From positions 320,001 through 384,000 of the forward strand of contig OZ242376.1 in NCBI GenBank assembly GCA_965209085.1: a stretch of 64,000 nt of DNA, written 5' to 3'. Numbering within the stretch: the stretch's first letter is position 1; each line of letters begins with the position of its first letter. The DNA comes from Nitrosopumilaceae archaeon. GTDB taxonomy: Archaea; Thermoproteota; Nitrososphaeria; Nitrososphaerales; Nitrosopumilaceae. Positions 37,963 through 48,779 of the stretch are shown here, piece by piece. A program made the position numbers and the translations under genes. The notes beneath the pieces are model-generated. The model was given only the letters and a program-made list of their open reading frames with translations, was not told the DNA's origin and made no database searches.

Positions 37963-40914
37963 ATGAAAAAAATACTGGCCGTATTTATGATGGCAGTTCT
38001 CCTCGCTCCGGCATATGTTGGGGCGCAGTCTGGAGGCATCGTACTGCTTGACAACTTTGGAGATTTCTCAAAGGGCGATTCTGTATTCATATACGGCAAT
38101 GCCGGAGTGCCCACGCCAAATTCATTTCTCATATTAAAGATTACAAATCCAAACGGCGACATATGCCAGATACAGCAGATTCTCCCTCTCCAGGATGGAA
38201 CGTTTGTAATGGATAAAGTGCCGTTGCGCGGAAACATATGCGGCATGGCCGGATCATATGAGATAGAAGTATTTTATGGCGATAGAAAGAGCACCGCATC
38301 GTTTTCAGTATCAACATCGGTGAAACCTGACCTGACAGATTCCCAGTATGCTGCAGCAGCTGACGAGTATGTAAGCCAGGTTATCGATGACGTGGCTACT
38401 GCGAATTCTGCGAATCTTAAATCGCGTCTTGCAGCAGCCTCTGGCGATCTGCGGGTCATACTGTACATTTTCAAGGATGCTATAGATTACACGATAACTG
38501 ATGATGTACTGTACGGCGTGGATGCAGTATTACGGCCCGCGGTCTATTCGTTTTTGAATGCAGCAGACGATTTGGAACGGTCGGGAAAAATTTCACCCAG
38601 TACAAAAATGACTTTGACAGATGATGTGATAACGTCGATATTTTATTATCAGATAGGGGATAAAACTGCCGCACTTGACATCATATACAGAACGTACGAC
38701 GTGCTGACCGTGGCGGATCCGACAACTGAGATTGCTGCAAGCGTTCCATATGAGGATCTAGAAGATACACTGCTGAATCTGATGACAAAGACCGGCTCGG
38801 TTATGAACCGAGACGTGCAAAAAGAGATTGCGCTGATATTTTCAAGGGGACTGGGTCCGATATACGTGGACGAGCTTGGAGGGATGCTTGACTTTCTGAC
38901 TAAAACGCGGTTCCTTGACGTGGTATTGCTGAAAAACGATCCCCTCTATTCAGTCTTAAAATCCGAATGGGAAACAGAACGCCTCACGCTTGTGGAAAAG
39001 CATACTGTTGCAAAACTTTTGGCTCAATCATCGGATGTTGATGAGATACATGAGGCGGCCATACTGCTGCGGGGATTGGACCGCGTGGAGAGATTTATCA
39101 GCACGCCTACTGGAACTTCGGAGGAAAATCTTGCAGCACTCATAGAGCCTGAATGGACATCCCTGCAAGGATACCTGAATACGGCATCATCAGCACAGTC
39201 CATACTTGGAAAAAGCTCGGAGATTAAATCAATAAAGAGCGTCACGCAGATATCAGAGCGCATATCCAAGGCTGTGGATCTCTCAGGTACTACGGGTATA
39301 GGGGCGGAGCTTTCAGGCGAATGGATGGCGCTACTCTCTAATGTGGACAATGCCAGCTCACTTGAGGAGATTTTATCAATAGTTTCACGCTTTGATGCCA
39401 CGATAACTGAACTGCGCGAAAAACGCAATCCAATAGCAATACTGACTTTTGAGTACCGCCGCATGGCAGAACAGGCCCAGAGGCAGGCAGACTATGCAAA
39501 TTTGGCCGTCATAGGAGAGGCCATAAAAATACTCGAAGCTGCGGCAAGACTGAATGCAGAGGGATCCGCGGCGGGCAGAATCGACCGGGTGGAGTTTCTT
39601 CTTACGTGGATCAGCGAAAAAGCTCCAATCATACGGGAAGATCTTGACGCGTACACGGACGTCCAGTTCAAAGAAAGGGCCGGGAAAATACTGCACCGGG
39701 CAAATTCTCTGAACGCGCTTGTGGATATGGCGCTTGAGAATCACAGATTTGAAGTCGGCTTTGAGGACTTTGCAGACTCGATAATGGCAAAAGTAGACCG
39801 CGTGCAAAGCTTGGTTGTCGCAGAACGGCTCTACGAGGCAGAAGAGGCGCTTGATGCAGCATACGATGAATGGCAGATTATACTAAAGATGTATTCGGAC
39901 AATCCGGATACGGAGGTGCCGTTTACTCTGGTAGAATTAAAACGCATAGAATACCGCAAACTAATCCAATTGGTGGATGATGCGGTGGACAGGTATGCTA
40001 ATGCAAACTTTAACGAGCATACGGCCGACTATGACAAACTGAGATCCTCACTTGATCTCTCACTCTCGCTTGGAAACTTTGCAACGGTGGAAGACAAACT
40101 GGAGAATCTGCTTTCATTTGTCGGCGAAAATTTGGACTCGTCAAACAATTCGATAAAATACAAAGTCGAGTATGATGAGCAGACGGGAACGTGGTCTACC
40201 ACGGGATTTTTGGACAAGGATAATGACAGGCGCGTGAATCTTGTACTTGGAATGTACGATCCGAAAGGCGAGCAGATTCAATTGCTTGAGTTTAGCGATA
40301 CAAAGAGCGGAAGATTCAACACGTTTTGGATTGAAAAAGTGGAACCGGGACTATACGCCACGGTGCTAAACTGGAATGGCGCCACAAGCACCAAAATCAT
40401 GCATATTCAGGACAAGAGCGTTTATGATGCATCAAAGGATGATCCGCAACTTGTGGAAGCTTCTGCCAAATATGAAATGATCAAAGTATTCGTGCAGGAA
40501 TTTGGAGGATCACAGTATGCGGTAAATTCAGCAGCATTTATGGAAATTGAAAAAGATATTGAAGAGGCGATAAATGACGGTGATTACGGGGCGATCGTGG
40601 CAGGAACCTTGCAGCTGCAGACCCTTGCGGAAAGATACCTGCCTCACAGGGATCGCGCAGCTATCATCGAGGTATCTTACGGGAACGGACTGGTACGCAT
40701 TACCGGTGCTGTTGAAAAACTGGTGCAGTTTAGCGAAGATTTGTACGTGGACATTTACGACGGAAACGGGGACGTACTGCTTTCTGTGGCAGTAAAGGAT
40801 ACGCCTACCGGATACATTGAAGAGTCGATAAACATAAACCTTGAATCCGGACTGTACGTGGCGCGCATCCAATACCACGATCTTGTGGCCACCGATTTTT
40901 TCTCGGCAAACTAG
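37963..40914 (+). CDS. Large secreted hypothetical protein (Ig-like ends, helical core)
   Basis: 983 aa, signal peptide MKKILAVF..VGA. Confidence 0.85.
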   Translation: MKKILAVFMMAVLLAPAYVGAQSGGIVLLDNFGDFSKGDSVFIYGNAGVPTPNSFLILKITNPNGDICQIQQILPLQDGTFVMDKVPLRGNICGMAGSYEIEVFYGDRKSTASFSVSTSVKPDLTDSQYAAAADEYVSQVIDDVATANSANLKSRLAAASGDLRVILYIFKDAIDYTITDDVLYGVDAVLRPAVYSFLNAADDLERSGKISPSTKMTLTDDVITSIFYYQIGDKTAALDIIYRTYDVLTVADPTTEIAASVPYEDLEDTLLNLMTKTGSVMNRDVQKEIALIFSRGLGPIYVDELGGMLDFLTKTRFLDVVLLKNDPLYSVLKSEWETERLTLVEKHTVAKLLAQSSDVDEIHEAAILLRGLDRVERFISTPTGTSEENLAALIEPEWTSLQGYLNTASSAQSILGKSSEIKSIKSVTQISERISKAVDLSGTTGIGAELSGEWMALLSNVDNASSLEEILSIVSRFDATITELREKRNPIAILTFEYRRMAEQAQRQADYANLAVIGEAIKILEAAARLNAEGSAAGRIDRVEFLLTWISEKAPIIREDLDAYTDVQFKERAGKILHRANSLNALVDMALENHRFEVGFEDFADSIMAKVDRVQSLVVAERLYEAEEALDAAYDEWQIILKMYSDNPDTEVPFTLVELKRIEYRKLIQLVDDAVDRYANANFNEHTADYDKLRSSLDLSLSLGNFATVEDKLENLLSFVGENLDSSNNSIKYKVEYDEQTGTWSTTGFLDKDNDRRVNLVLGMYDPKGEQIQLLEFSDTKSGRFNTFWIEKVEPGLYATVLNWNGATSTKIMHIQDKSVYDASKDDPQLVEASAKYEMIKVFVQEFGGSQYAVNSAAFMEIEKDIEEAINDGDYGAIVAGTLQLQTLAERYLPHRDRAAIIEVSYGNGLVRITGAVEKLVQFSEDLYVDIYDGNGDVLLSVAVKDTPTGYIEESININLESGLYVARIQYHDLVATDFFSAN

Positions 40915-42107
40915 GATTTTTTTACCATGTGGCATATCTGTCTGATTGTAAAGAGCGGATGCCTTAATGCCATCTTTGCAGCATACTTTGATCCAAAATC
41001 AGCTTTCATAAACTGAACCAGTTCAGAATCATTCAAACAGCGTATTGATTCAAGCTCTTTATCCCACTCTGTATCTGAGAGCTGCAGCCATCTGCGCTGA
41101 ACACGGAATGCCGAACGTATCTTTGCGTCAACCTCGCCCCTCCATCTCTTCTCATACGTGGCAAGATCTTCTGCCCGCGTTTTTCCGCAGAGGGCAGCTT
41201 TTGCTGCAGTCTTCCCTGCACTGTGTCCGTATCGCACAGCGTACCTGATACCCTCCAAAACAAGCGGGTTTGCCTGGCCTGCTGAATCGCCTGCCATGAG
41301 CAGTCCGTCATGTACGGTGCGGCGCACGGTTCCATCGTTTGGTATGATACCACTGTGGAATTCAAACGGGGTTATCTTCCCAAGCGATGCAATAGGTCCT
41401 GTTTTCTCCCTGATTATTTTATCCAGCAATACTGCAGGATTCTCATGCCAGTCCGGTTTGCCAACGCCAACTCCGATACGCACAGTATCCGGACCTACGG
41501 GAAATATCCATGCATACCCTGACGGCGTATACTCAGAACCTACCATGAGCCACCATGTGTCCGCATCCACGTGTTCGGCGTGCGCCTCGTATTCTGCACC
41601 GGCTCCGAATTTTTCCCATTTTTTGATGCAGCCAAGTTTTGATGAGAGAACGGACGAGAATCCGCTTGCATCAACTGCCACGCTGCAAGAATATGATGCA
41701 GAACCGCCGGTTTGAATTGATATTGAACCGTCAGCAAGATATGATGCTCCCGTTACCACAGTATCGGTCATAATTTCAGCACCGGCACTACGGGCGCGCT
41801 CTGCGAGCCATCTGTATGTACCGCGCACGTCAAGCACGGCAGCACCTGGTTTTTCACCCTCTATTATGATCTCGTTGTTTTTGGAGCAGAACGCATAGCG
41901 CCTAATCGGATTGTACAGACTGGGGGGAATTCCCATCGATACTGCATCCTTTAGCCACGTCACGCCGCTGGTTCTGACGGTGGTGGAAACCTGCTGTTCC
42001 CTCTCAAAGACTGCAACCTTTGCACCGGCCTTTGATGCAGCATACGCTGCAGAAGATCCCGCAGGACCGCATCCTGCCACCAAAACATCGTACGTGGGTA
42101 CCTTCAA
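40911..42107 (-). CDS. Geranylgeranyl reductase family FAD oxidoreductase
   Basis: GCGPAG, VDASG, GYAWIFP, AGDSAGQANPLVLEGI. Confidence 0.9.
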   Translation of the reverse strand: MKVPTYDVLVAGCGPAGSSAAYAASKAGAKVAVFEREQQVSTTVRTSGVTWLKDAVSMGIPPSLYNPIRRYAFCSKNNEIIIEGEKPGAAVLDVRGTYRWLAERARSAGAEIMTDTVVTGASYLADGSISIQTGGSASYSCSVAVDASGFSSVLSSKLGCIKKWEKFGAGAEYEAHAEHVDADTWWLMVGSEYTPSGYAWIFPVGPDTVRIGVGVGKPDWHENPAVLLDKIIREKTGPIASLGKITPFEFHSGIIPNDGTVRRTVHDGLLMAGDSAGQANPLVLEGIRYAVRYGHSAGKTAAKAALCGKTRAEDLATYEKRWRGEVDAKIRSAFRVQRRWLQLSDTEWDKELESIRCLNDSELVQFMKADFGSKYAAKMALRHPLFTIRQICHMVKKS

Positions 42108-42158
42108 TTCAAGCCTGAATGGACATTTACGTTGATTTAATCCTTGGCGGTTAAATTT

Positions 42159-42218
42159 GCAGTCAGATACCCCAGGCGTACTTCATCATAGGATCATAGA
42201 GCCTGCTCATCACTCTGC
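42159..42218 (-). ncRNA. Box C/D guide sRNA candidate
   Basis: GCAG-A-GTGATGA(C)-gcaggctct-ATGA(D')-tcct-ATGATGA(C')-agtacgcctggggtat-CTGA(D)-CTGC; 60 nt with 4-bp terminal stem. Confidence 0.8.
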
Positions 42219-42297
42219 AGACTGTCCATACGGTGCCAAAATAAAGACCTGTTGGCCTGTCCGATCTTTTTTATGCCCAACAAAACAACCTATAGGT

Positions 42298-43614
42298 ATG
42301 CTGGATATGATACTGCAGGCTGGACAAATCCAAGATTCTCTTGCCACCGGCGTTGAAAACGTCATAGATCAGATAACTCCGCAACTGCCGCATACGACGT
42401 TTGTTACAGACCTTGCAATAATCATGATAATAGGATCGATAATTACGCTGGCATTCTTCAAGATACGGCAGCCGCTCATCATTGGATATCTTTTTGCCGG
42501 CATGCTGATAGGGCCGCTCTCCCCCCTGTGGTCGAGCATACTTCCAAAAGGCGGATCTAATGCGACAAACGGAGTTGGAATTTTATCAGATGTTGGCGCA
42601 CTGAATCTTTTTGCCGAGATTGGCGTGATACTGCTCTTGTTTGTAATTGGTATTGAATTTCCCTACTCGCGCATACGATCCATCGGCAAGGTCGTGGTCG
42701 GCATGGGGAGCATCGGACTCTTTGCCACACTGGGAGCGGTATTTTTTGCGGCAAGCGCGCTTGGAATGGAGTTTATGGACGCGCTCTTTATTGCAGCGGC
42801 ACTCTCAATCAGCAGTACTGCGGTAATTGTAAAAATACTTACCGACCTTGGCCGGATTAAAAAACAATCCTCGATACTTGTACTTGGAATACTAATCGTA
42901 GAGGATGTCATCGCCGTAATTCTCATATCAACACTACAGTCCGTGGCGCTTGTAGGTTCAGTCTCGCCTGAATCAATAATTGCCGTCATACTAGTTGCCG
43001 CCGGTCTGATTATAGGCACGTTTACTGTTGGAACGCGCCTGATTCCGCCCCTGATAGACAAGGTGGCAGCCACCGAGCACCGCGAGATACTTCTGTTAAG
43101 CGTGCTTGGAGTGTGCTTTGGATATGCACTGCTTGCAAACATTGTGGGACTCTCTGTTGCAATAGGAGCTTTTCTTGCCGGCGTTCTTGTGGCCGAATCC
43201 AAATCCTCAGAGGTCTCAAAGATGCTCTCCAGTCCGATAAAGGACATGTTTGTGGCCATCTTTTTCATCTCTGTTGGAGCTTTGATGGACATTGGGGAAA
43301 TTCAAAACTATATCCTGATTGCACTTGCAGTTATTGCAGTGGCCACGGTGACAAAATTTGCCGGCAGCTTTTTGAGCGGCATTGCGCTGAGGGTCTCAAA
43401 AAAAAATGCGGCACGCTCTGCATTTTCACTTGCCTCGCCAAGGGGGGAATTTTCAATCGTCATAGTAAAAGTAGGGGTGGATTTGGGCGTTGTCAGCAGC
43501 TATCTGTTCCCACTGATTGGAGTCATAACAATCATCACCACGTTTTTGACGCCACTTTTGATAAGACTCGGGGATTCGGCAGTCGGACGGCTGGAGTCAA
43601 AAAATGCCCCATAA
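42298..43614 (+). CDS. Monovalent cation:proton antiporter (CPA2 family)
   Basis: QPLIIGYL, LLFVIGIEF, SISSTAVIVK, LIVED, GAFLAG, PRGEFS. Confidence 0.93.
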   Translation: MLDMILQAGQIQDSLATGVENVIDQITPQLPHTTFVTDLAIIMIIGSIITLAFFKIRQPLIIGYLFAGMLIGPLSPLWSSILPKGGSNATNGVGILSDVGALNLFAEIGVILLLFVIGIEFPYSRIRSIGKVVVGMGSIGLFATLGAVFFAASALGMEFMDALFIAAALSISSTAVIVKILTDLGRIKKQSSILVLGILIVEDVIAVILISTLQSVALVGSVSPESIIAVILVAAGLIIGTFTVGTRLIPPLIDKVAATEHREILLLSVLGVCFGYALLANIVGLSVAIGAFLAGVLVAESKSSEVSKMLSSPIKDMFVAIFFISVGALMDIGEIQNYILIALAVIAVATVTKFAGSFLSGIALRVSKKNAARSAFSLASPRGEFSIVIVKVGVDLGVVSSYLFPLIGVITIITTFLTPLLIRLGDSAVGRLESKNAP

Positions 43615-44035
43615 TCTTGGCACTCCGCACGGCGAGGATTTAAAATCACTCAATGCAAGGGCGCACGGAGATCTTGAAAAAATCACCGACAGCCAAACAA
43701 ACTATCCGTGCATAATTACCGACAATGAGACTTTTGCACGGCTTGCCGGCTCGTACGGGACAGGACCGCTTGCCGTTAACGTTGACCTTGAAATACTGCG
43801 CGATGGAACAGGAAACGTCTTTGTGGACGTAAAGTTTTCAGCCAAGGACATGCGCGAATCATTCCTGATTGACGCATCAAAGCATGATTGGTTTTTTCAG
43901 ACGCTTGCTGAATCCTCCGTGGTGGGAGTTGCGCCAAAAAGCGCCGACGGGCGCATGTTTGCAGTACAGCTTCCAAAACCTCAGGCTGCAAGGGACGCGC
44001 TTGAAAAAATACGCGAGAGTCTTGGAAAAAATTAG
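43604..44035 (+). CDS. Hypothetical protein
   Basis: 143-aa ORF coupled to the antiporter. Confidence 0.65.
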   Translation: MPHNLGTPHGEDLKSLNARAHGDLEKITDSQTNYPCIITDNETFARLAGSYGTGPLAVNVDLEILRDGTGNVFVDVKFSAKDMRESFLIDASKHDWFFQTLAESSVVGVAPKSADGRMFAVQLPKPQAARDALEKIRESLGKN

Positions 44036-44042
44036 TTTAAAA

Positions 44043-44119
44043 TGGTGCAGTTGCCGGGATTCGAACCCGGGTCACCAACTTGGCAAGCTGGAATAATAAC
44101 CAAACTATACTACAACTGC
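44043..44119 (-). tRNA. tRNA-Gly(GCC), CCA encoded
   Basis: GCAGTTG/CAACTGC acceptor, CCAGC-TTGCCAA-GTTGG, CCGGG-TTCGAAT-CCCGG. Confidence 0.96.
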
Positions 44120-44191
44120 ACGGAATGAAATATCGTTAATGTCTATAAAAGCCTAGTGTGTTCTCATGCTGCAAACATTTGCCCATACGGT

Positions 44192-47100
44192 TTATTCGTT
44201 TCTAAGATATGCGGGAAGTTTCTCAAAGGCGCGCTGATATTCCTGACGGAGTATGTCATCAAAACCGTCATTGTTGCGTCCCGGTCCGTGAAATACCCTT
44301 TCTCTGTCATCATGCGGAATCTGATATTCCTGAAAAGTAATCTGCTTTAACATGTTATCCTGCATGCTCCATTTGTATCCGTATTCATCCACCCAAAGTC
44401 CCTGCAACCGATCGGTCTGAATCAGGTATATGTTACCGGTTTTTACCGGATGGTATGTTGTATGTGATGCGCTAATTGCAATGAATGGGCGGTCGTTCTG
44501 GGATATTCCGTCCACCCGTATGCCATCATTAAAGTAAAATTGGTACGCCTGATTATCCCAGTCTACCGGTTTTACTGCCATGGTGTTGTATAGCGGCGCT
44601 TCCCTGTACGAATATTGCAGATTGACAAAGAGACATTCTGGTCCGCCGTTGGAGCATGAAACCTGTGATATTTCTGCTGAAATATGCGAATTTTCCAGCA
44701 GATTCAACTCATCATTAATGATGAGATCTTTTACAACCAATACGTCTTTTTCCATCCACACCTCTATGATTACCTCTGCATCATGATACAGACCTATGTC
44801 CGGTACGCCTAGTGCAAACTCGACGCGTTTTACACCCTGTGGACCTGCACCATCGTAGATCTTTATTTTTATCGAATTAATGTCTCCTACATTTGTACTG
44901 ATTAGCGGAAATTCCGTGTGGTATCTGCCTACATTTACGCCAAGTCCGTTGTAATCAAAACCGTTTGTTACAATCTGTTCTCCGGCGCCGGTTTTGCCCA
45001 GTGTCGGTGCGCCTGAACTGCTGGTTTGTTTGGACGATGAGCTTGCCCTGTCTAGTATTGCTTGAGATAAATGTGCAAACCACAGCGTATATGTTGATTC
45101 TGTTGGATTCCATACGTACATTGAATTATTGTAGTTTTTGTTTGCGGTTAGTATGGAAAATGCGTGGGATGCATTATCAACGATTCCATTGTATTGTAAT
45201 ATTTTTGATATCTCACCCTCGGAATTATTCCTAAACAAAGGCGTGTCTCTGATGGATGCATTGTAAAAAACAATTTTTATGGCGTGATCGCCCACCTCAT
45301 ATCTTACGTGTTCATTGCCAATTTCAATTACCAGGTAGTATTTTGGATCTTCTATTTCACGTACGACAAAACTGACATGGTCGGCATGTGATGCATTTGA
45401 TCTTACAATGGTGTCTTTTTTAATTTCTACAAACGCTCTGGAGTTTGGAATAAATCCCAAATCTGATGGATATTTTGACGTATGTATGCCTGCATTTTCA
45501 TCTGTAATATCAGAATTATTCAATATGGTATGCGATGACATTAACGTAAGCACGTTGTCGTTAGTGATGTTTGAAACTCTTACTCTGATATTTTTTTCAT
45601 GCTGTAAAGTAAATGATTTGTTATGATTAGACGTGGTTAATGCCGCAGAACCGTCGGATTCTGTGACCGTGACGATCCTCTCTGCACTGCTACCCCTGTT
45701 TCCGGCATCATCATCATCTGCAACATATGTGACAAAGTAAACGCCCGGAGCACTGGTGTTGACGTTGTTTTTTGTTGTAATTGTGCCATTATATCTTGGA
45801 TCGTTGTCTGTAACTTTAGCTCCACTGTCTGTATAATTTTCACCATTGGAAATGATGTGGGGGTTTTTACCAAGTATGAGCAGCTTTGGATGCAAAGTGT
45901 CCACGAATATGTTTGATGAATTTAGATCGTTTTGTGTAACGGCAAGAATGCCTCTCCCAAATTCAGTTTCGTTTGAAACCGACATTGAAAATATTGCATA
46001 ACCGTGATCATTGGCAGTTACATTTGTTTCAAACGTGGCAGTATTATTGTATATGAGAACCGGAACAACTCTGCCAAAGATCTGTGCTTTAGCTTCGGTC
46101 AACGGGCGATCCGTGACCAACGTTACATTCAGAACATCGTTACGTTTTGCATATTCTGTATTGCCGTTGTCGCTTGATATGGTCATTTCTAACATAACAG
46201 GACCTGGAATGTTTGTTGTGCTTATCGTGGTAACTGCCAAAATATCTAACACACTATTATTATTGTACGATAATGGTAGTGAATGATCATAATATCTTAC
46301 CGTTATCGTATCCTCAAATGATACAAGTAACATATGTCCGTTTGATCTGCCATTTATTGTAAAGTCTACCGTTCCTTCGAATACACCGGTATCATTTCTA
46401 GTTTCAATTAGGTTTAATGTTATTCCTCCAGGATCGGAATCTGACCAGACATCCACACTGACGTTTTCTACAATGCTGTTGTTTGTATTTAGATCCGGAT
46501 CGATTATTCGTACTAGGCCATTTTCAATTGCGGTATAACCTGACGATCCCCACGTGGCGATTCCGATTGTTTTTGTTGGGTTATCTAAATTGTTGTTTGA
46601 AAAGTTTGCAGGTTTTACAATCACGGTACCAGATTGCCACGGATGAACTATACAAAAATAGTCAAAAGTTTTGATTTCCGTAAATGTATGACTGAATTTT
46701 ACACCGGGGGATATTATTGAAGAGTCAAATTCGCCACCAGGACCGTTAAATGCAGATCCACTTGTCACAGTATGTACGGCAGTATCGTCATTTGTCCATG
46801 TTACGGTTCCGCCTGTTGAGATATTGACATGTGCGGGTATGAAACACGTATCATTTGTTTCACAACCTTGAATACTAGATCCTGAGGGTATGCTGACATT
46901 TACAAATCTTGGATAAGATACGTGTATACTTGCATTAAATACGTGTATACTCGCATTAAATATTATTGATGCGGATTTATTCATACCGTTATAATACGCA
47001 TCAATGGTATACGTGCCAGATTCTGCCCATAAATAATCTACACTAGGTTTGATGTTTATGACATTTTGCATATCTGATATGGGAATAAATTGTCCAACAT

Positions 47101-48067
47101 GTATTAATTGATTAGTAGGATTTGTAATTTTATACGTTACGGCAACATCATATAATGTGGGAAAATGATTGGATGACGAATTTATAGAAATTATTGTGGT
47201 TACTGATTCTCCTAATATGTAATAGTTTTTTATCGTACGCATGGTGATTAATTCATCAACTGTTGGCCGTACAAACATACTAGCATTATATGTGATGAGT
47301 GCTGAGATATGATTTCCTCCATGAGTAACAGTGATGGTATATGTGCCTGATTTATCCCACTTGCTGCTGTCTGTATTAATTACTTCAATTTTTGTAGTAT
47401 TTGTTACATAACCTAAATATTTAAAATAAGTAACATTGTGATAGGGATCTGTGATTGTATATACCAAGGCGGCACTAGTAGAAGAACTTGTAGTAATCGT
47501 CACAATTATTTTTTCACCTGACGTGTAATTATTTTTTAATGTGGACACAGTTACTGTTGGTTTGAATGCCTGATAACTTGAATTAAACATAATTGACGTT
47601 GAGGTTTGACTGCCGTTATAATCAATAATAATGCCATACGTGCCTGATTGTTTCCATAGATAAGCATCATCAGTATTGATTGATAGATTGGTTGAAACAT
47701 TCGACATGTGATTGATTTGTCCAACATCAATAAAATTGCCATCGGGATTTGTAATTCTGTATATCATATCAGTATCGGAAGATGAAGAATTTACAGTAAC
47801 TAGAGCAATTATGGTCTCACCAGATGTGTAATTATTTTTCAAAGGTTTGATATCTATGGTAGTTATTTGTGTAAAATTTGCAGTCTGTGCATACGCGTTT
47901 ATCATTGAATTTCCTATCCTGTGATTAAATTCTCTTTGAAAATCTATTGGACCGTATTTGACATCTGCCGTATCATTGTTTACTGCAAAATCATAACCGA
48001 ACGGAGCTACAAACGGCAGCGGAGACAATAATCCTAAAACCATGAAAAGTATTACATACATATTCAT
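44192..48067 (-). CDS. Large multidomain surface protein: three Ig-like repeats, cupredoxin domain, Ig/DUF5011-like domains, C-terminal domain
   Basis: Signal peptide; KNNYxSGE repeats; GCETNDTCFIP..HTVTSG..YFCIVHPWQ; YTDSGAKVTD..PGVYFVTY; many N-x-S/T sequons. Confidence 0.88.
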   Translation of the reverse strand: MNMYVILFMVLGLLSPLPFVAPFGYDFAVNNDTADVKYGPIDFQREFNHRIGNSMINAYAQTANFTQITTIDIKPLKNNYTSGETIIALVTVNSSSSDTDMIYRITNPDGNFIDVGQINHMSNVSTNLSINTDDAYLWKQSGTYGIIIDYNGSQTSTSIMFNSSYQAFKPTVTVSTLKNNYTSGEKIIVTITTSSSTSAALVYTITDPYHNVTYFKYLGYVTNTTKIEVINTDSSKWDKSGTYTITVTHGGNHISALITYNASMFVRPTVDELITMRTIKNYYILGESVTTIISINSSSNHFPTLYDVAVTYKITNPTNQLIHVGQFIPISDMQNVINIKPSVDYLWAESGTYTIDAYYNGMNKSASIIFNASIHVFNASIHVSYPRFVNVSIPSGSSIQGCETNDTCFIPAHVNISTGGTVTWTNDDTAVHTVTSGSAFNGPGGEFDSSIISPGVKFSHTFTEIKTFDYFCIVHPWQSGTVIVKPANFSNNNLDNPTKTIGIATWGSSGYTAIENGLVRIIDPDLNTNNSIVENVSVDVWSDSDPGGITLNLIETRNDTGVFEGTVDFTINGRSNGHMLLVSFEDTITVRYYDHSLPLSYNNNSVLDILAVTTISTTNIPGPVMLEMTISSDNGNTEYAKRNDVLNVTLVTDRPLTEAKAQIFGRVVPVLIYNNTATFETNVTANDHGYAIFSMSVSNETEFGRGILAVTQNDLNSSNIFVDTLHPKLLILGKNPHIISNGENYTDSGAKVTDNDPRYNGTITTKNNVNTSAPGVYFVTYVADDDDAGNRGSSAERIVTVTESDGSAALTTSNHNKSFTLQHEKNIRVRVSNITNDNVLTLMSSHTILNNSDITDENAGIHTSKYPSDLGFIPNSRAFVEIKKDTIVRSNASHADHVSFVVREIEDPKYYLVIEIGNEHVRYEVGDHAIKIVFYNASIRDTPLFRNNSEGEISKILQYNGIVDNASHAFSILTANKNYNNSMYVWNPTESTYTLWFAHLSQAILDRASSSSKQTSSSGAPTLGKTGAGEQIVTNGFDYNGLGVNVGRYHTEFPLISTNVGDINSIKIKIYDGAGPQGVKRVEFALGVPDIGLYHDAEVIIEVWMEKDVLVVKDLIINDELNLLENSHISAEISQVSCSNGGPECLFVNLQYSYREAPLYNTMAVKPVDWDNQAYQFYFNDGIRVDGISQNDRPFIAISASHTTYHPVKTGNIYLIQTDRLQGLWVDEYGYKWSMQDNMLKQITFQEYQIPHDDRERVFHGPGRNNDGFDDILRQEYQRAFEKLPAYLRNE

Positions 48068-48141
48068 ATCGTAAAAGAGATTCCTGTATTTATGTTTTGG
48101 ATGAGATATTCTAAAACTGTTATTTTAATATGATGTCTGCA

Positions 48142-48636
48142 TTATTTCAAAGGAATTACCTTTATGGTCGGGGTGCACGGAAGTTTGACGCATGCACCCT
48201 TTAGGGCTTTTTTTGCATGATCCAGATATTCCTTTTTGATGTTTACCTCGTATATGCACTGACCGCGTTTCACGCGGGCTGCAAGACTTACCGCCTTGCC
48301 AAAAGCATGTCTCATGCCTTCCTGAAGCCTGTCTGCACCGGCGGTTGCGATCATTTTGTTCTCGCGCAACAATATATGCGGATATATCCGCAGTCTGGAC
48401 TGGTATCCATTTTCTCCCGTAGCTTTTTCTATCGTCTTGTTTGCGGCAAGACGCGCGGATTCTATTGCCATGTGACGAATCTGTACATTTTCATTTACAA
48501 GCAGCTGGACACAATAATCATAGTCGCCTGGTTGGCCACTCTGAAATTTTGCGATCTTTATCTGCGGCTTTCCCTTGATGTATTTTTTTCTCGAGTACGG
48601 CTGACCGTTTCCCCTTCTGTAGTTTGCACCGTGCAT
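48142..48636 (-). CDS. rpl10e: 50S ribosomal protein uL16 (L10e)
   Basis: AIESARLAAN, YPHILLRENK, GADRLQEGMRHAFGK. Confidence 0.96.
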   Translation of the reverse strand: MHGANYRRGNGQPYSRKKYIKGKPQIKIAKFQSGQPGDYDYCVQLLVNENVQIRHMAIESARLAANKTIEKATGENGYQSRLRIYPHILLRENKMIATAGADRLQEGMRHAFGKAVSLAARVKRGQCIYEVNIKKEYLDHAKKALKGACVKLPCTPTIKVIPLK

Positions 48637-48779
48637 ATCATACGCACCCTCTGACCCATATTTTAATGGTCAAAGGATAAAAGCCTCATTTGCCAGTATT
48701 TTGAATAAAAAATACAAATTTCACAGCAGCCTGTACGCATTCATGTTGCCTTATATTGAAAAATCATTCCAGCATACCA

